This document shows positions 1 through 13,570 of a stretch of 64,000 bases of DNA, in pieces. The DNA lies in contig OZ024745.1 in the NCBI GenBank assembly GCA_964016885.1, forward strand, positions 127,596,001 through 127,660,000. The letters are read 5' to 3'. The position numbers and the translations under genes are program-made. Source of the DNA: Eledone cirrhosa (taxonomy: Eukaryota). Under the pieces are notes generated by a model. It did not search any database. It was not told the origin of the DNA and worked only from the letters and a program-made list of their open reading frames with translations. Within the stretch, counting starts at the first letter, position 1; every line of letters starts with the position of its first letter.

Positions 1-127
<127 letters not shown>

Positions 128-379
128 GTACATATATATATATGCATATATATACATATATATATATACATATATACGTATATCTGAATACATGTATATT
201 ATATATATATCTATATATATAATATCTGCGTGTGTTATTTTACTTGCACTGGAAATAGTGTCTGCACGTGTGTGTATGTGTACGTGTGTGTATGTGTACG
301 TGTGTCCATGTGCACGTGTGTGCGTGAGTGTGACTCTGTTGTCAGTACTGCATATGGTAGTGGCTGTGTATTTGGTTCA

Positions 380-641
380 CACACACAGAAACAAGATGGC
401 GTAGGACAGATCAAAGGAGAGGCACAAAAACAAAGAAAAGAATCCCCAGTCACTGAAGAGGTCACAGAATGTGTGACGAAAGAACTTTGACAATATATAA
501 ACAACCATCTGGTTGTGGAACCAACCAACCAACCGGAAATTTATAAATTCCTAAATTTATAAATTTATTATAATAAATTGAAGTTAAAGCAACTGGTGCG
601 TGTGTTTCGTATTGGCAACATGACCCTCCCAAAGTATAACA

Positions 642-645
<4 letters not shown>
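380..645 (+). mobile_element. Non-autonomous Penelope-like 3' fragment (family B) with HHR, ending in (TA)n
   Basis: Contains the HHR at 449-491 and the terminus TGACCCTCCCAAAGTATAACAATAT. Near-identical termini occur at about 3640, 4360 (-), 4625, 10545 and 56255, the last in the GIY-YIG-containing palindrome. Confidence 0.7.
449..491 (+). ncRNA. Type I hammerhead ribozyme motif (family B)
   Basis: gtca-CTGAAGA-g-gtcaca(gaatg)tgtgac-GAAA-gaac-TT-tgac: stem I gtca/tgac, stem II hairpin, minimal stem III. Confidence 0.75.
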
Positions 646-705
<60 letters not shown>

Positions 706-714
706 GTATTAATC

Positions 715-1320
715 TTCAGACTCTAGTTATTAACCAGTTAATTTTTTTGATTCTTTTAGTTAATTCTATTGACTGATTAATAGCTTATGTTTATTTTAAA
801 AATGATTCTGTCGAGAGCTTAATTCGTTTTGTGATATTTTGCAATTTTGTAATAACCTCACATACTGAATTCATCCGCCGAAACTATGGGTTCTCTCCCT
901 TTTGAGTCCGCCCGTGCGTTCATATCACGACGAGACCCATAGTTTGGCACAGAACAAAATACCTGTTGAAAAAGCGACATCCTTGTTCGATCATCATACC
1001 TAAGTTTAGCATTATTTGTTTAAGCAGACAGTACTTGATTTAGGAGTTGCCGAAACCCTATACCGGATTTTACCACTATTTCCGCGGGTCCGGGTAAATT
1101 TTACCATCATATATTATTATTTGTTTGACCCGAATAGCTTGCTCGCTTTTTTGGCTTTGCGGCTAATGGTCTAACCATCGTCTCAGTGTGTTTGGTCTTT
1201 TTAACGTATGTTTATTGCTCTAGTACACTCGTATCTATCGAGCGCTTGCCACAAAATTCGGAAGTTGTTTTTCGCTAATTTCCACTAGCCGAAATGCGAT
1301 TCTCGCTAATCTATATTTGT
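715..1320 (-). repeat. Unclassified diverged interspersed repeat (family D)
   Basis: Shares ordered blocks (AAGC[A/G]CTCGA; TAGAG.AATAA.CATACGTT; GATC.AACA..GGAT; TCAACAGG..TT.GTTCT) with 12480-12862(-). The first two blocks also occur in 14697-14920(+). Confidence 0.5.
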
Positions 1321-1340
1321 ATATATATATATATGTTTAA

Positions 1341-1520
1341 CCCCGACGGCAGAGCTCAAGCCGTTTTCACGGCTATTTCTGGACTCCAGAAATAACCGTC
1401 GAAACGGCTTGAGCTCTGGCCGTTAAACATTTTCCTATTACTCATTCTACTACCCTAAGTATTTAGTACTCTGGTGCGTTATGGTCCATCTGGTTCCTTA
1501 CCACACCTCCTTCGTTATAT
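1341..1520 (+). mobile_element. Short PLE-like unit (family E) with 5' fold-back and the 3' half of an HHR
   Basis: Palindrome at about 1348-1420 centred on TTTCTGGACTCCAGAAA; GAAA-cggc-TT-gagctctg; inverted homologue at 2945-3092; flanked by (TA)n. Confidence 0.55.
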
Positions 1521-1534
1521 ATATATATAATATT

Positions 1535-1625
1535 TAATATAGAAATGGGTTCTTCAGGACTAGAACTGTTTCATTCGAAGGAAATCATCAGGGCTTCCCT
1601 GCTAATTTTCCTCGAATGAAACAGG
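1535..1625 (-). ncRNA. Degenerate HHR in fold-back unit (family C)
   Basis: Minus strand CTGATGA-tttccttcgaat-GAAA-cag(ttctagtc)ctg-aa (U16.1 lost); degenerate mirror copy on + strand. Confidence 0.5.
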
Positions 1626-1718
1626 GTGTCCCAAAATATGTATACACACTTTAACAGCATTCTAAGAAATATTGCTGTACAGTTAATCAGTGTGTATACA
1701 TTTTTGGGAAACACCCTA
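1622..1718. mobile_element. Tc1/mariner-type MITE
   Basis: TIRs CAGGGTGTCCCAAAA..TGTATACACAC / GTGTGTATACATTTTTGGGAAACACCCT; related copy at 17329-17406. Confidence 0.7.
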
Positions 1719-1727
1719 TATATATAT

Positions 1728-1818
<91 letters not shown>

Positions 1819-2546
1819 TAAGGTAGATTAAATGAGTTGAGTTGATCACACAACTGTATAAGACAGTCAGATATTTAAAGCTCTCATGTGATTTTATCCC
1901 CATCAAGATTGGCAAAAGAAAGTTCAGAGTTAAATCCAATTCATAAATTTCTAGTCAAAGTAGCATTACAAAATTACAAAGCATATACAAATGAATGAAT
2001 AAATACCTTAAGTTGAGCACATATATGCAATTTGTTAAAAATAGTCGTAACCTCCAGGTAAATAGTTTTTAAGAATTATAAATCATACTACTGATTGATA
2101 TATTATAGCTAATATAAACTTCCATGATGTTTATATTGCCTTTTTATATACTATTTAGTATATACTATACACTTAGTATTAAAATTGATTGTAACTTTAA
2201 GGAATAAATGTTATTAAATTGATAAGTCCTAAGTGCACTCATATAATGCATATTCAAGTCAAAACACGAGTATTAAGTATAATAGTCAAATTAACCACTA
2301 GATAATTCATGCAGTTAAACATTTTTTTATACATAGCTAGCCTTCCATGATTTTTAACGCCTTTCCTAATATATACTTTACGTCTTTCAAATCATTGTCT
2401 GGAGTCATGATAACCTGCGGTTGGTAAATATATTATTTTATATTATCTAGTGATTCTGCCGGTTTCTCCACAGAGGAATTAAATGCTACCTCCTTCTGTA
2501 TTTGAATGAAACACACACAGACACAGACAAACACCCCCCCCCCCAC

Positions 2547-2675
2547 ACACAAATTTAAATTTAGAAAGCCAAACAACGCGTTAGGGAGAACATTAAATCG
2601 CCAAGATAACAAAGGAATCTTACCTTAACAAATTTCCCATACGCATTGTTTGGCTTTCAAAATTTAAATTTGTGT
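2547..2675. repeat. Imperfect inverted repeat (about 40-bp arms)
   Basis: ACACAAATTTAAATTTAGAAAGCCAAACAACGCGT.. / ..ACGCATTGTTTGGCTTTCAAAATTTAAATTTGTGT. Confidence 0.7.
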
Positions 2676-2944
2676 ATCCTATTCAACAATGCTTCAAATA
2701 AGCTACAGAACTCTGATATATATATGACCTAAGCCCTCGAGCGAAGGCACCGGATGTAACTGGACATTTGGAAACTCTGCTTCGTAGAATCGAGACATAT
2801 CCGAGGATCTTGCGATTTCAGAGTCAGGTTTGATCATTGCATCGATCGGGCCTCGAGCTGGTCGCCAGAGAAACGATTGTAATATCTCTAATAAATCTTA
2901 TTCGTCTTATCACTGATTCTCCGTTTCTTATGTGATATATATAT

Positions 2945-3092
2945 ATATAACGAACGAGTTGTGGTAAGGACCCAGATGGACCATAACGCACCACAGTACT
3001 CAATACTTAGGGTAGTAGAGTGGGTAATAGAAAAATGTATGATCCCGATCGCAGAGCTCAAGCGGTTTCGACGGCTATTTCAGTCCAGAAAT
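2945..3092 (-). mobile_element. Second copy of the family E PLE-like unit
   Basis: Reverse-complement homology to about 1375-1520; flanked by (TA)n. Confidence 0.6.
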
Positions 3093-3163
3093 ATATATAT
3101 ATATAACGCAAGTATTGCACCTAGAAAAATAAAATTCGGCGTGAAGGGATTATGAATTTATTT

Positions 3164-3274
3164 ACTTTGACATATGTTTCTGTGTCTATTATAAATTGTC
3201 TACTCTACTGACTACAATATATATTGTTTAATCATATGTAATACTTAATTATTCATTACACTTCATCAGAAAGC
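3164..3274 (-). ncRNA. Type I HHR with long stem II insertion
   Basis: Minus strand gcttt-CTGATGA-a-gtgt..about 70 nt..acac-a-GAAA-catatg-TC-aaagt; palindromic stem III, GUC site. Confidence 0.65.
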
Positions 3275-3655
3275 CTATAGTAGTGGAATTCGGCAATTCA
3301 CTACGCGGTAGAATTCAGTAATGAGATTTTCGTTTAAGAAAATGTAAATTAGTTAAAACTAGCAAGAGATACAGTTAGTGAGATAGTAGAGAGGCGAAAG
3401 AGTGGGGGTAAAGAGTTTAATAGTATCAATCCGTGTCCTGTAATGTGAAACAATTATTCTTTGACCATTGTTATAGTTGAAGGTTTTTATGCTTTCCATA
3501 TATGGAGGTAGAAAAGGTATAAAGAGAGAGACAGAGAAAGATAGGGTAGAGATTAAGAGTAGGCTAGAGTGGGTAAGGAGGAAAGGAATAATAATTTGAA
3601 GTGAAAACCAACGGGTGCCTGTGTTTTTATTGGCAGCATGACCCTCCCAAAGTGT

Positions 3656-3699
<44 letters not shown>

Positions 3700-3701
<2 letters not shown>

Positions 3702-3884
3702 GTAGGTCCCGCGTTGAGTCGGGGATAACCACAGTAAGTAAGGTACTCAATACATGGCAGAGTAACATTTTTTTATTTTATAGAAGGAACTTCTACAGGA
3801 CTAGTACTGTTTCATTCAGATGAATGAAAGATTTCATCTGAATGAAACAGTACTAGTCCTGTAGAAGTTCCTTCTATAAAATAA

Positions 3885-3890
<6 letters not shown>
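3700..3890. mobile_element. Family C unit with near-perfect palindrome (3768-3890) made of two HHR 3' halves
   Basis: GAAA-cag(tactagtc)ctg-TA-gaag on both strands; homologues at 23380-23455 and 63338-63520. Confidence 0.6.
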
Positions 3891-3930
<40 letters not shown>

Positions 3931-3997
3931 AAAAAAGATGAAATCGAAAATGCAGCTGGAGTATATTTTTTTTAATATATATATATTTATTTGGTTC

Positions 3998-4033
3998 CTT
4001 TACTGGTTTCGCAGTTCTTCTGCTTTTCAAAAG
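3998..4033 (-). ncRNA. HHR with U3-A8 variant core
   Basis: Minus strand ctt-TTGAAAA-gcag(aagaa)ctgc-GAAA-ccag-TA-aag; homologues in both arms of 62978-63241. Confidence 0.6.
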
Positions 4034-4276
4034 TAGAGTTGAGATGGCGGGTCTGTGGTTTTTCTCACATCTGGTTGGTCTTTAAATGTTACTTTTGTTT
4101 TATATGGAAAAAAGTTGCTCGAAATGTCTGGCTTTTAGAGAAGTAATTTGATTGGTTGGTGAATAAGTATAATACATTTCGCGCCAGATCACACAATTTA
4201 AATGAGGTCATAAGCTATGTGATGCACTCTGATGCTCTTATATATACGTATATATATATATACATATTTAATTATT

Positions 4277-4316
4277 GTCTATTACCGGTTTCTGCATATA
4301 TATGCATTATCAAATG

Positions 4317-4317
<1 letters not shown>
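4277..4317 (-). ncRNA. HHR with U3-A8 variant core (second family)
   Basis: Minus strand tcat-TTGATAA-tgca(tatata)tgca-GAAA-ccgg-TA-atagac; weak stem I; homologue at 12199-12240. Confidence 0.5.
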
Positions 4318-4821
<504 letters not shown>

Positions 4822-5619
4822 AGCATCAGAATGCATCACGTAGCCTATGACCTCATTTAAATTATGTGATCCAGAGGTCAAGCATTTGACTGTAGTAAAA
4901 CAACTAATTAGTGACGATATTGTAAAATTGTTGATGGATTAGTTTGGATTCCATCCCAAAGCTCTATGCTGCAACCAGCAGCGGTCACATGTCAATGTTG
5001 TCCGGCCTATCCAGAGGAATTTGTGAAAGTACTAGATTTTAATTTTGATCAGCATATGTCTCTGTATTGTTATTATAGTCTAAATTGAATCAACTCTGAT
5101 GGTGCAGACATATGATTAAGATTATTCCAGTCGTAACCTATATCTCTATCTATGACTATATTACACTAGAGGGATATAGAGGGATTTGAGAGAGTTTTAG
5201 CCCTTATGTTGCTTTGTTTAGTGTCTGAGGAACGCTAAATCTATTATATAATATATTTCAGGCATAGTCATGGCAACATGTATCCAGACTGTGTATAATA
5301 AAGACGGTTGTATCCGAAGTGTTCTTCGCTTTTATAACGTAAGAGTGTAATCTGAGCAATATTTAGCTGCTACTTTTAGCATGTTTGAGTGATTGTGTAG
5401 ATACTATCTCCTTGGTATGTTTCATTCAGCGAGACCACCTAGGAGCTTCTTTGTTGACTCGTTTAGTGTCAAAATGTGTATGTGAGGCAGGTGTGAAACA
5501 TGTCTTGTGAAATGATATTGTATCACATGGTACATATTGCATCATGTGATGTCTACAGTTTAGAAAGTGGTTTCAAATATGTAGCATGAGTACATTATTG
5601 TGGATCAGTGCACGTTAAA

Positions 5620-6080
5620 CCTGTGTGTGTGTGTTTATGCATGAGTGTGTTTGTGTCTGTGTATGTTAGTGTGTGTGTGTGCGTGTGTGTGTGAGTGTAT
5701 GTGTGTTTGTGTATGTGTCTGTATGTGTGTATGTGTGCTTGTTTGTATGTGTGTGTGTTTGTAAGTGTGTGTGTGTGTTTGTGTCTGTTTGTATGTGTGT
5801 GTGTTTGGTTGTGTATGTGTGCGTGTGCGTGTATGTGTGTGTATGTGTGTGTGTATGTGTGTATGTAGGTGTGTGTATGTAGGTGTGTGTGTATGTGTTT
5901 GTGTTTGTCTGTGTGTGTATGTGTCTATGTATGTATGTATGTATGTATGTATGTATGTATGTATGTATGTATGTATGTGTATGGGTGTATGTGTGTATGT
6001 TTATGTATGAGTGTATGTGTGTGTGTATGTGTGCGTGTTTGTTTGTGTGTGTGTCTGTTTGTGTGTGTTTGTATTTGTGT
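5620..6080. repeat. Degenerate (TG)n/(TATG)n microsatellite
   Basis: Direct inspection. Confidence 0.95.
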
Positions 6081-6494
6081 GTCGAATCAGATGTTGTTTG
6101 CATTTATTGGTCCAATGTGTATATGTAGGACGCATGAAATCTACAACTTATGACGTAATAAACAGACGCCAAACAACATAAAGTAAAATGATATTTAATA
6201 TCCAACACCGGAAGTTGAGTTTCGTATCAGTTATGTAACATATTGGAAATATCACAACCAAAGTTAACAGAAACACATACATAATACACATACATATGCA
6301 TAATACACATACATACGTATAATACAGACACACATACATACACATAACACACACACACACACAATAAGAATTCATTCACATGTAAAACAAATACAAACAC
6401 CAGAAATATACAAATATTTCTTTTACGTCACTCTCGGTCTATGTATGCATACATATACAAATATACATACATATGCAAATATACATACATACAC

Positions 6495-6526
<32 letters not shown>

Positions 6527-6560
6527 ATACAAATATATGTATATACAAATATATGTATAT

Positions 6561-6625
<65 letters not shown>

Positions 6626-7159
6626 TTTATACAGTCGTTGAAGCCTGTCTCTCATTATTGAAATATAACCACCATGTCTTGGATGCTTAGGTATGATGAG
6701 CTTAACTTGAGACACACGATTAAGAATATTTTATGAAGAGAAAAATGCGACCACCAACCATCTCGTCAATATTCCCTGGATTTCAGTTCAATACATCAAG
6801 CTTATAAATAACGTTTTATCTCTGTGCTGTGTCGACTGAACCAAGTAGTTTTCACTGTTTTGTTAACAGATATACCACAGCAACAGGAACGGGGCACAAG
6901 ACTGCAACTGCAGGAAAAATCTCTTCATATATATATATATACATCTACGTGTGCGATATTCATTATGCATACATATGCGTGGTACTTGATGGAAAGTTGA
7001 CAGCTGTTTCTAATAGATCGAGTGACCGCATATTCAAATTCTTTTGAAGGAAGACCGTGTCGTAATGATTCTAGATGGCGGTGGTAAAACGAAGTGTTGT
7101 TTTGTCAGTAGATCTTTGCCTTTTTACACAGCGTACATTTATAATACACCCGCATATAT

Positions 7160-7253
<94 letters not shown>

Positions 7254-7286
7254 TTATATGGCTATTTACATTAAGTATAATACTGT

Positions 7287-7319
<33 letters not shown>

Positions 7320-7393
7320 ATCCCCCTCTCTACCTTCGATTCTCTCAATAAGCGTTCATAGAGCAGCATGATCGTTATATCATACATAGATCT

Positions 7394-7424
<31 letters not shown>

Positions 7425-7429
<5 letters not shown>

Positions 7430-8100
7430 ATCCCACAACATATTACTGGGCAACTTTGAACACCACTTAATAGAAATTATTAAGAAAATCAAATTTAAGA
7501 AATCCTCGCCATTATGCTAACACTTTTTAAGCTGCCTTGATGAATTCTAGCTGAGTAACCAAAATTGTTTACAAATTTGATTTTGACACATACACATCCT
7601 TATTACTTAAGAAATTAAAGAAGAAATATAATCAAATACCCAACACCACTTTACTCTATATTAATAGGGAAGGTAAAGAAATAATGAATAACCTGACCAT
7701 CGATATTATAAAAATACCGAGCCTTATAAAGAGAGAACGCCCGGCTTACGCTAAAAGATCATAAACCTAACATCCATGATAAACCTTCAATTGGATTAAT
7801 TAGCCCTTCTACCCTTGATATTGGTAGAATTAGTAAATACATTCTAGATAGAGTAATATCCAATAAAGCTAAACATTGGCATCGGGAAACGACGTAGTTT
7901 AATCCTACATTCGGAATAAATGTGGCTGGAAACATTCTTAAGTTATTTTTCGACATTTTAGGTAGACATTTTCCACAGAATATAGGTATCATAGTTTAAT
8001 TAACAAAAACACTATTGAAATATAATTCTCCACGCCACCTAATTTTGATGACTATATAGGCTTTATTAATATTGGTAGAATCTAGTTTATTAACGACCGT
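7425..8100 (+). pseudogene. Degenerate Penelope-like ORF remnant (N-terminal/pre-RT part fused to post-RT part; RT core deleted)
   Basis: Manual translation gives LLGNFEHHLIEIIKKIKF, RLTLKDHKPNIHDKPSIGLISPSTLDIGRISKYILD, then FNPTFGINVAGNILKLFFDILGRHFP; these motifs are typical of PLE ORFs. Confidence 0.7.
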
Positions 8101-8289
8101 AAAATCAATTTCAACGAAATTTGAACGTACGGTTTAGGAGGAGATGTGTGCCGACCGTTTTAGTAGACAGACAGACAGACAACCTCAGTTTTATATATAG
8201 AGATAATATATTATTTCACATCTATTTAGTGTTTATTTCAATATTTTATATTTTATGCAAATAAAGAATGGCATGCCGATATAGGGCTG

Positions 8290-8423
8290 GGGAGTTGGTA
8301 CTGCCTTATTTTTTGGGGGTCGTCTTATCCGGCGAATACAGGCCTAAACCTGAATTACACCTCAGAATTTTAGGGGTCGACCTATGCGCCGGATCGAGTT
8401 GTACGCCGGCATTTATATACGGC
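8290..8423. mobile_element. Right end of a Tc1/mariner (pogo/Tc2-like) DNA transposon remnant
   Basis: Repeated GGGGTCG subterminal motifs; ends TATATACGG. Confidence 0.45.
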
Positions 8424-8765
8424 AATTTATTACATTGTATTTTGTTTTTTTGTTCCTTCTAACTTAATTTTGTACTTGATTGTTTGAGCAGTATCTGTGT
8501 TAAGAATTAATTTTGGCCTCTTTGCCATCCTACTAGTTTTTTAATTCTACTCTATCCATCATATTTATTTAAACCTCCGTTATTTATTTCTAGGCCATAT
8601 AGATATTTCTATATTTATCTGTTAGATTTTTTTTGTATATAAAAACTCTCTCTATAATTGAATGTTTACTAGTATAATTTAGATTATTTGTATGGCTTCA
8701 GGCTCAAATCGATATTGTAGTAGTGAAGTGTTTTTATCTACATGGAGATATATCTGTAATTGTTG

Positions 8766-8812
<47 letters not shown>

Positions 8813-9029
8813 GAAAATGTGTGAGATCCTTGGTACAGTTAGGTATATATGAAAAAAAGGAAAAGAATGACTTCACTCTGTAGTGTTAATAAATTTATGA
8901 TTTAATGTTATAATATTATAATAATATAACATTAAATCATAATTTTTTAACACTACAAGTGAAGTCGTTCTTTTCCTTTTTTTCATATATATATACACAC
9001 ACAAACACACGCACGCACGCACACACACA

Positions 9030-9080
<51 letters not shown>

Positions 9081-9140
9081 CTATATATATATATATAACT
9101 TCATAATATTAATAAATATAGACATTCATGTGATCAAATA

Positions 9141-9206
9141 TATTTTATCTTATATATTTCAGAGGTACTGAGCTATTTCATCAGTACGTCCTCATCAGAT
9201 AAAATA
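9141..9206 (-). ncRNA. Type I HHR (family A)
   Basis: Minus strand tattttat-CTGATGA-ggacgtactga..tcagtacctct-GAAA-tatata..ataaaata; 3' junction slightly altered. Confidence 0.65.
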
Positions 9207-9256
9207 AATTGATGTCTGACATACCTCAACTGTGCTGATGGTTCAATTCCAGTTTT

Positions 9257-9348
<92 letters not shown>

Positions 9349-9409
9349 TGTGTGTCAGTGTACATGTGTATCTGTAATTGTTTGTATGTATTTATGTGTG
9401 TATGTATGT

Positions 9410-9730
9410 GAAGGCACGTGGGTGTGTGGTTGAGGAATTCGGCTTACAATCGTAAGTCGTGAGTTCGATTCACAGCGGCGCGTTGTGTCCTTGAGCAAGA
9501 CAATTTATTTGACGTTGCTCCAGTCCACTAAGCTGGCAAAAATGAGTTGTACCTGTAATTCGATGGGTCAGCCTTGTCACATTCTGTGACACTCTGAATC
9601 TCCCTGAGAACTACGTTAATGGTACGCGTGTCTGTGGATTGCTCAGCAAGCTGCACGTTAATATCACAAGCAGTCTGTTCCGTTGATCAAATCACCCGGA
9701 ACAATCGTCGTCGCAACCGATGGAGTGCCA
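9410..9730 (+). mobile_element. tRNA-derived CORE-type SINE
   Basis: B box GAGTTCGATT; CORE-like TGTGTCCTTGAGCAAGACA. Confidence 0.75.
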
Positions 9731-9995
9731 GTCTGTCAGTCATGTATGTATGCCGTTTTAAATCGATCTGATGATTCAACTAAGTGACTGATCGGCCCGA
9801 TTTGCATATTAGCAGACTGGCTGATTAGTCAGATCTGCATATGAGCAGATCCACTGATCAGCCAAATTTGAATACCAGCAGATAGGCCAGTCAGTTTCAC
9901 GTTTACGAGCGACTAATATGCAAATGTTAGTCACTGTATATTTTAGAAATTATCATATATTTTCATTGGCTCTGAGAGTTGGCAGGTGAATAATA

Positions 9996-10044
9996 AACTG
10001 CACTGATGAAGGGTAATCACTCAGAAACATTGGTGTCTGCAGTT
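9996..10044 (+). ncRNA. Type I HHR with extended stem I
   Basis: aactgca-CTGATGA-a-gggt(aatc)actc-a-GAAA-ca(ttgg)tg-TC-tgcagtt; stem I extends to GTTGGCA (9978-84)/TGCCAAC (10054-60). Confidence 0.8.
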
Positions 10045-10210
10045 CTGTTTACATGCCAACACAAGAGCAAGAATCACGAGCTCATTCTACTGACATGGCT
10101 TGAAAGAGACTGTTTGCCTAATTGCAAACGAATCGAATATTATTAATATTCGAAAAGTTCAGATTACATTTGCTGTATTCAGCCATGTGGAGCGATAGCT
10201 GGTTGTTGGT

Positions 10211-10420
<210 letters not shown>

Positions 10421-10431
10421 CTCTCTCTCTT

Positions 10432-10570
10432 CCGGTTGGTTGGTTCGATAACCGGAAGGTTGTTTATATATTGTCAAAGTTCTTTCGTCACACATTCTGT
10501 GATCCCCTCAGTGACCAACAGGTGCGTGTGTTTTTATTGGCAAAATGACCCGCCCAAAGTATAACAATAT
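10432..10570 (-). mobile_element. Family B fragment: degenerate HHR (10473-10515, -) followed by a + strand 3' terminus
   Basis: Core CTGAGGG (A9 mutated); TGACCCGCCCAAAGTATAACAATAT. Confidence 0.6.
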
Positions 10571-11659
10571 ACACACACGCACACATATATATATACACGT
10601 ACAAATATATCTATAACAAATAGTTTTATACACACACACACACGCACACATATATATAGATAGATTTACAAGAAATGTAAATCTGGCTTATATACGTGTG
10701 TATATATGTGTGTATATATATATAAATATATATATATACGTAGTCTACACTCATGCTCATTACGAGCATACATATATGTATATATGATATATATGATTAA
10801 TTACAATTTAATTAATGTTCTCTAATGTTTTTATGACCAATATTTGTTGTCAGTAGAAGCAGAGATGAATCTATGATAGCCGAGATGCTGATATCGTTAC
10901 GATGTCGATATCTTTAATCAGTGTTTCTTTGTCGGGTTTCAAAGTTCAAAGTAATATTTCTTTAAAAAGGTTTTATAAAGAATTACAAAGCAAATGTTTC
11001 ATTATTCTTTTCTAATGGATAAACACTAGTTTCTGTATGGAGGAAAAATATTATTTGTCGAGTTTTAAAAAAACCCCCAAAACTTGTAAGGTTTGTGTTC
11101 ATTCATGAAGTTTATGTGGGTATTCTGATGCAGAAAATTTAAGAACTAAAACAATAAAGACAAACGATAAGCGATGAAGTGAAAGATTAAGACGGTGATC
11201 TTATCTTCACCTCTAAATGGATGAAGATACAAATTTAAAGTTGAGCTTTTTATTTAAGAAATGTTTTATTTCTTCTTAAATATTTATATACCAAGATATG
11301 TTTACATCTTAGTTTACATATATTAGTGAAGATATGAAATTAACGAATATATTTTTTATTGAAGAGTATCCTTGTAGTCTTTCACATTGACAGGCATTTA
11401 GTAATAACATACCACCGTATATGAAAACAAACCGCCTTCCACATATCTTCCACGGCAAAAAGATTCACTTTATAATATATATATATTTATATATATATAT
11501 TATATATAGATTCTATATATAATATAATCTATATATTTATATATTTATATATATATATTCCGTAATCTATATATTTATATAGATTACGGAAGTCATTGAT
11601 TTTATTTTAGTGACCACTGGCCATATATATATATATATATATGACCAAAAGTTTAACAA

Positions 11660-11975
11660 GGTTCATTGATTAATCAATGAATAAAATTTTACAATAGATT
11701 AGAAGCACTCAACAGTGAGGTTTTCTGGAGTTATTAATATTACTTCAGTACCTCAACTGTGCTGATATACCTCATCTGTGCTGATGTTTCAATTCCAGTC
11801 TTGGAAGTGGAATTGAAGACTGGAATTGAACCATCAGCACAGTTGAGGTATGTCAGCCATCAATTTATTTTATCTGATGAGGACGTACTGATCAGTACCT
11901 CTGAAATATATATAATAAAATATATTTGATCACATGAATGTCTATATTTATTAATATTTTGAAGTAATATATATA
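11660..11975 (+). mobile_element. Family A PLE-like fold-back unit; HHR at 11866-11922
   Basis: tattttat-CTGATGA-ggacgtactgatcagtacctct-GAAA-tatata-TA-ataaaata; inverted duplication at about 11768-11850; minus-strand 3' tail at 11660-11745. Confidence 0.7.
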
Positions 11976-12198
11976 TATATTAACTCTTTCATAGAAACAA
12001 ACTCAGTATAAGTTGGCCACTCTGTACTTATTTATGCATCTATACTTGTATCTATACTCGTGTAGAATATGTATTCTTCTTCGTTTAATATACACTCCGT
12101 TTAATATACACTCCGTTTAATATACACTCCCGAATGGTAGGGTAAAAAATTAGCGGAATTAGCGACATTAGTGCGACACCACACTAATACATTTCACT

Positions 12199-12240
12199 AT
12201 CATTTGATAATGCATATAAATGCTGAAACCGGTAATAGAC
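12199..12240 (+). ncRNA. HHR with U3-A8 variant core
   Basis: cat-TTGATAA-t-gca(tataaa)tgc-t-GAAA-ccgg-TA-atagac. Confidence 0.5.
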
Positions 12241-12430
12241 AATAATTAAATATATAAATAGATAAATAAATGCCATTGTTAAATAATAAATAAATCAACT
12301 AATACCTTAACACTTCACACAAAGTAAAACATTTCGTTTTAATCATTTTCTAACCCAGAAAAAAGAGAGAGAGAAACAAAAAAGGAAAACAAAATTTTTT
12401 TCTTCCTCATAATCGTCTCTTGCTCCCTGT

Positions 12431-12471
<41 letters not shown>

Positions 12472-12479
12472 ATTCGCTG

Positions 12480-12857
12480 CTGCTAGCGGCAACATTTAGT
12501 ATCTCGCCCCGTTCTTTGGTAGAACGAAATCCTGTTGATGAAATTAATCCTCTGTTTGATCAGAAATACCACGAGCTTGCCAGTTACGTAAGACTGATAT
12601 TTGATTTCGGATTCATAGAAACACTTTAAACGTATAACGTTTGATTTGTCCAGGTGTATTTTTTCTCAACCTGTTAGTTTTTTCGTTACTTTGGTATTGT
12701 GTGTTAGATTTTGCCTACCACAATGTTCAATTTGTCAAGCTATTTAAACGTATGTTATTACTCTAAGGACCTACCTTGTCGAGTGCTTTGCTAACTCATT
12801 CATATAGTAGGTCGAATTTGCTTGCACACCGCCAAAGATTCGATTTTACTAAGCCTC

Positions 12858-12862
<5 letters not shown>
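12480..12862 (-). repeat. Family D repeat copy
   Basis: Block homology to 715-1320(-) and 14697-14920(+); flanked by (TA)n. Confidence 0.55.
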
Positions 12863-12903
<41 letters not shown>

Positions 12904-12927
12904 TACACACACACATACACACACAGT

Positions 12928-13140
12928 GAAGGCGTGTGGCTGAGTGGTTAGAGAATTGGATTCATAATTTTGAGGTTGTGAGTTCGATTCCTGGACCGGG
13001 CGATGCGTTATGCCCTTGAGCAAGGTACTTTATTTCACGTTGCTCCTTCTACATGGAGTTGCGACCCATAGATAGTATTAGCAACTGGAAAGCCCGACGA
13101 AAACTTTGTTTCCTCGGTCCGATTTGAGGAAAGTCGATCT
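12928..13140 (+). mobile_element. tRNA-derived CORE-type SINE
   Basis: A box TGGCTGAGTGG, B box GAGTTCGATTCC, CCCTTGAGCAAG; homologue at 47480-47697(-). Confidence 0.8.
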
Positions 13141-13570
13141 CTCTCTCTCTATATATATATATATATACGTGTGTGTGTGTATCCGTGTATGTGTCTGTGT
13201 GTGTGTGTGCGTACGCGTGTGGAAAATGTAATATGAGCTATTTAGAAATGTAGTGAATTTCCTTGTTGGAGTTTGTAGGACATTCAATTGACGAAGTCTA
13301 AGCCATATTTTAAGTTTAAAACCACCGCGTTATTGCTTAAAAAGACAATTTCCTTTGAAAAAAGGCCGCCAACAACTATTAATATGATTTCCAGATATGA
13401 AAACAACATAAACATCTTTTCATCTAATCGAATAATATATTGAATTGACAACAATTATTTTAACGAGTTCAGTGATTCGGAATTAAAAATTGTCAAAACT
13501 ATACAAAATTAGATTTATTAGCCTTTTTCTATTTTTAAAGCAAGTTATTTTTATTACTTGCACTGAAGTT

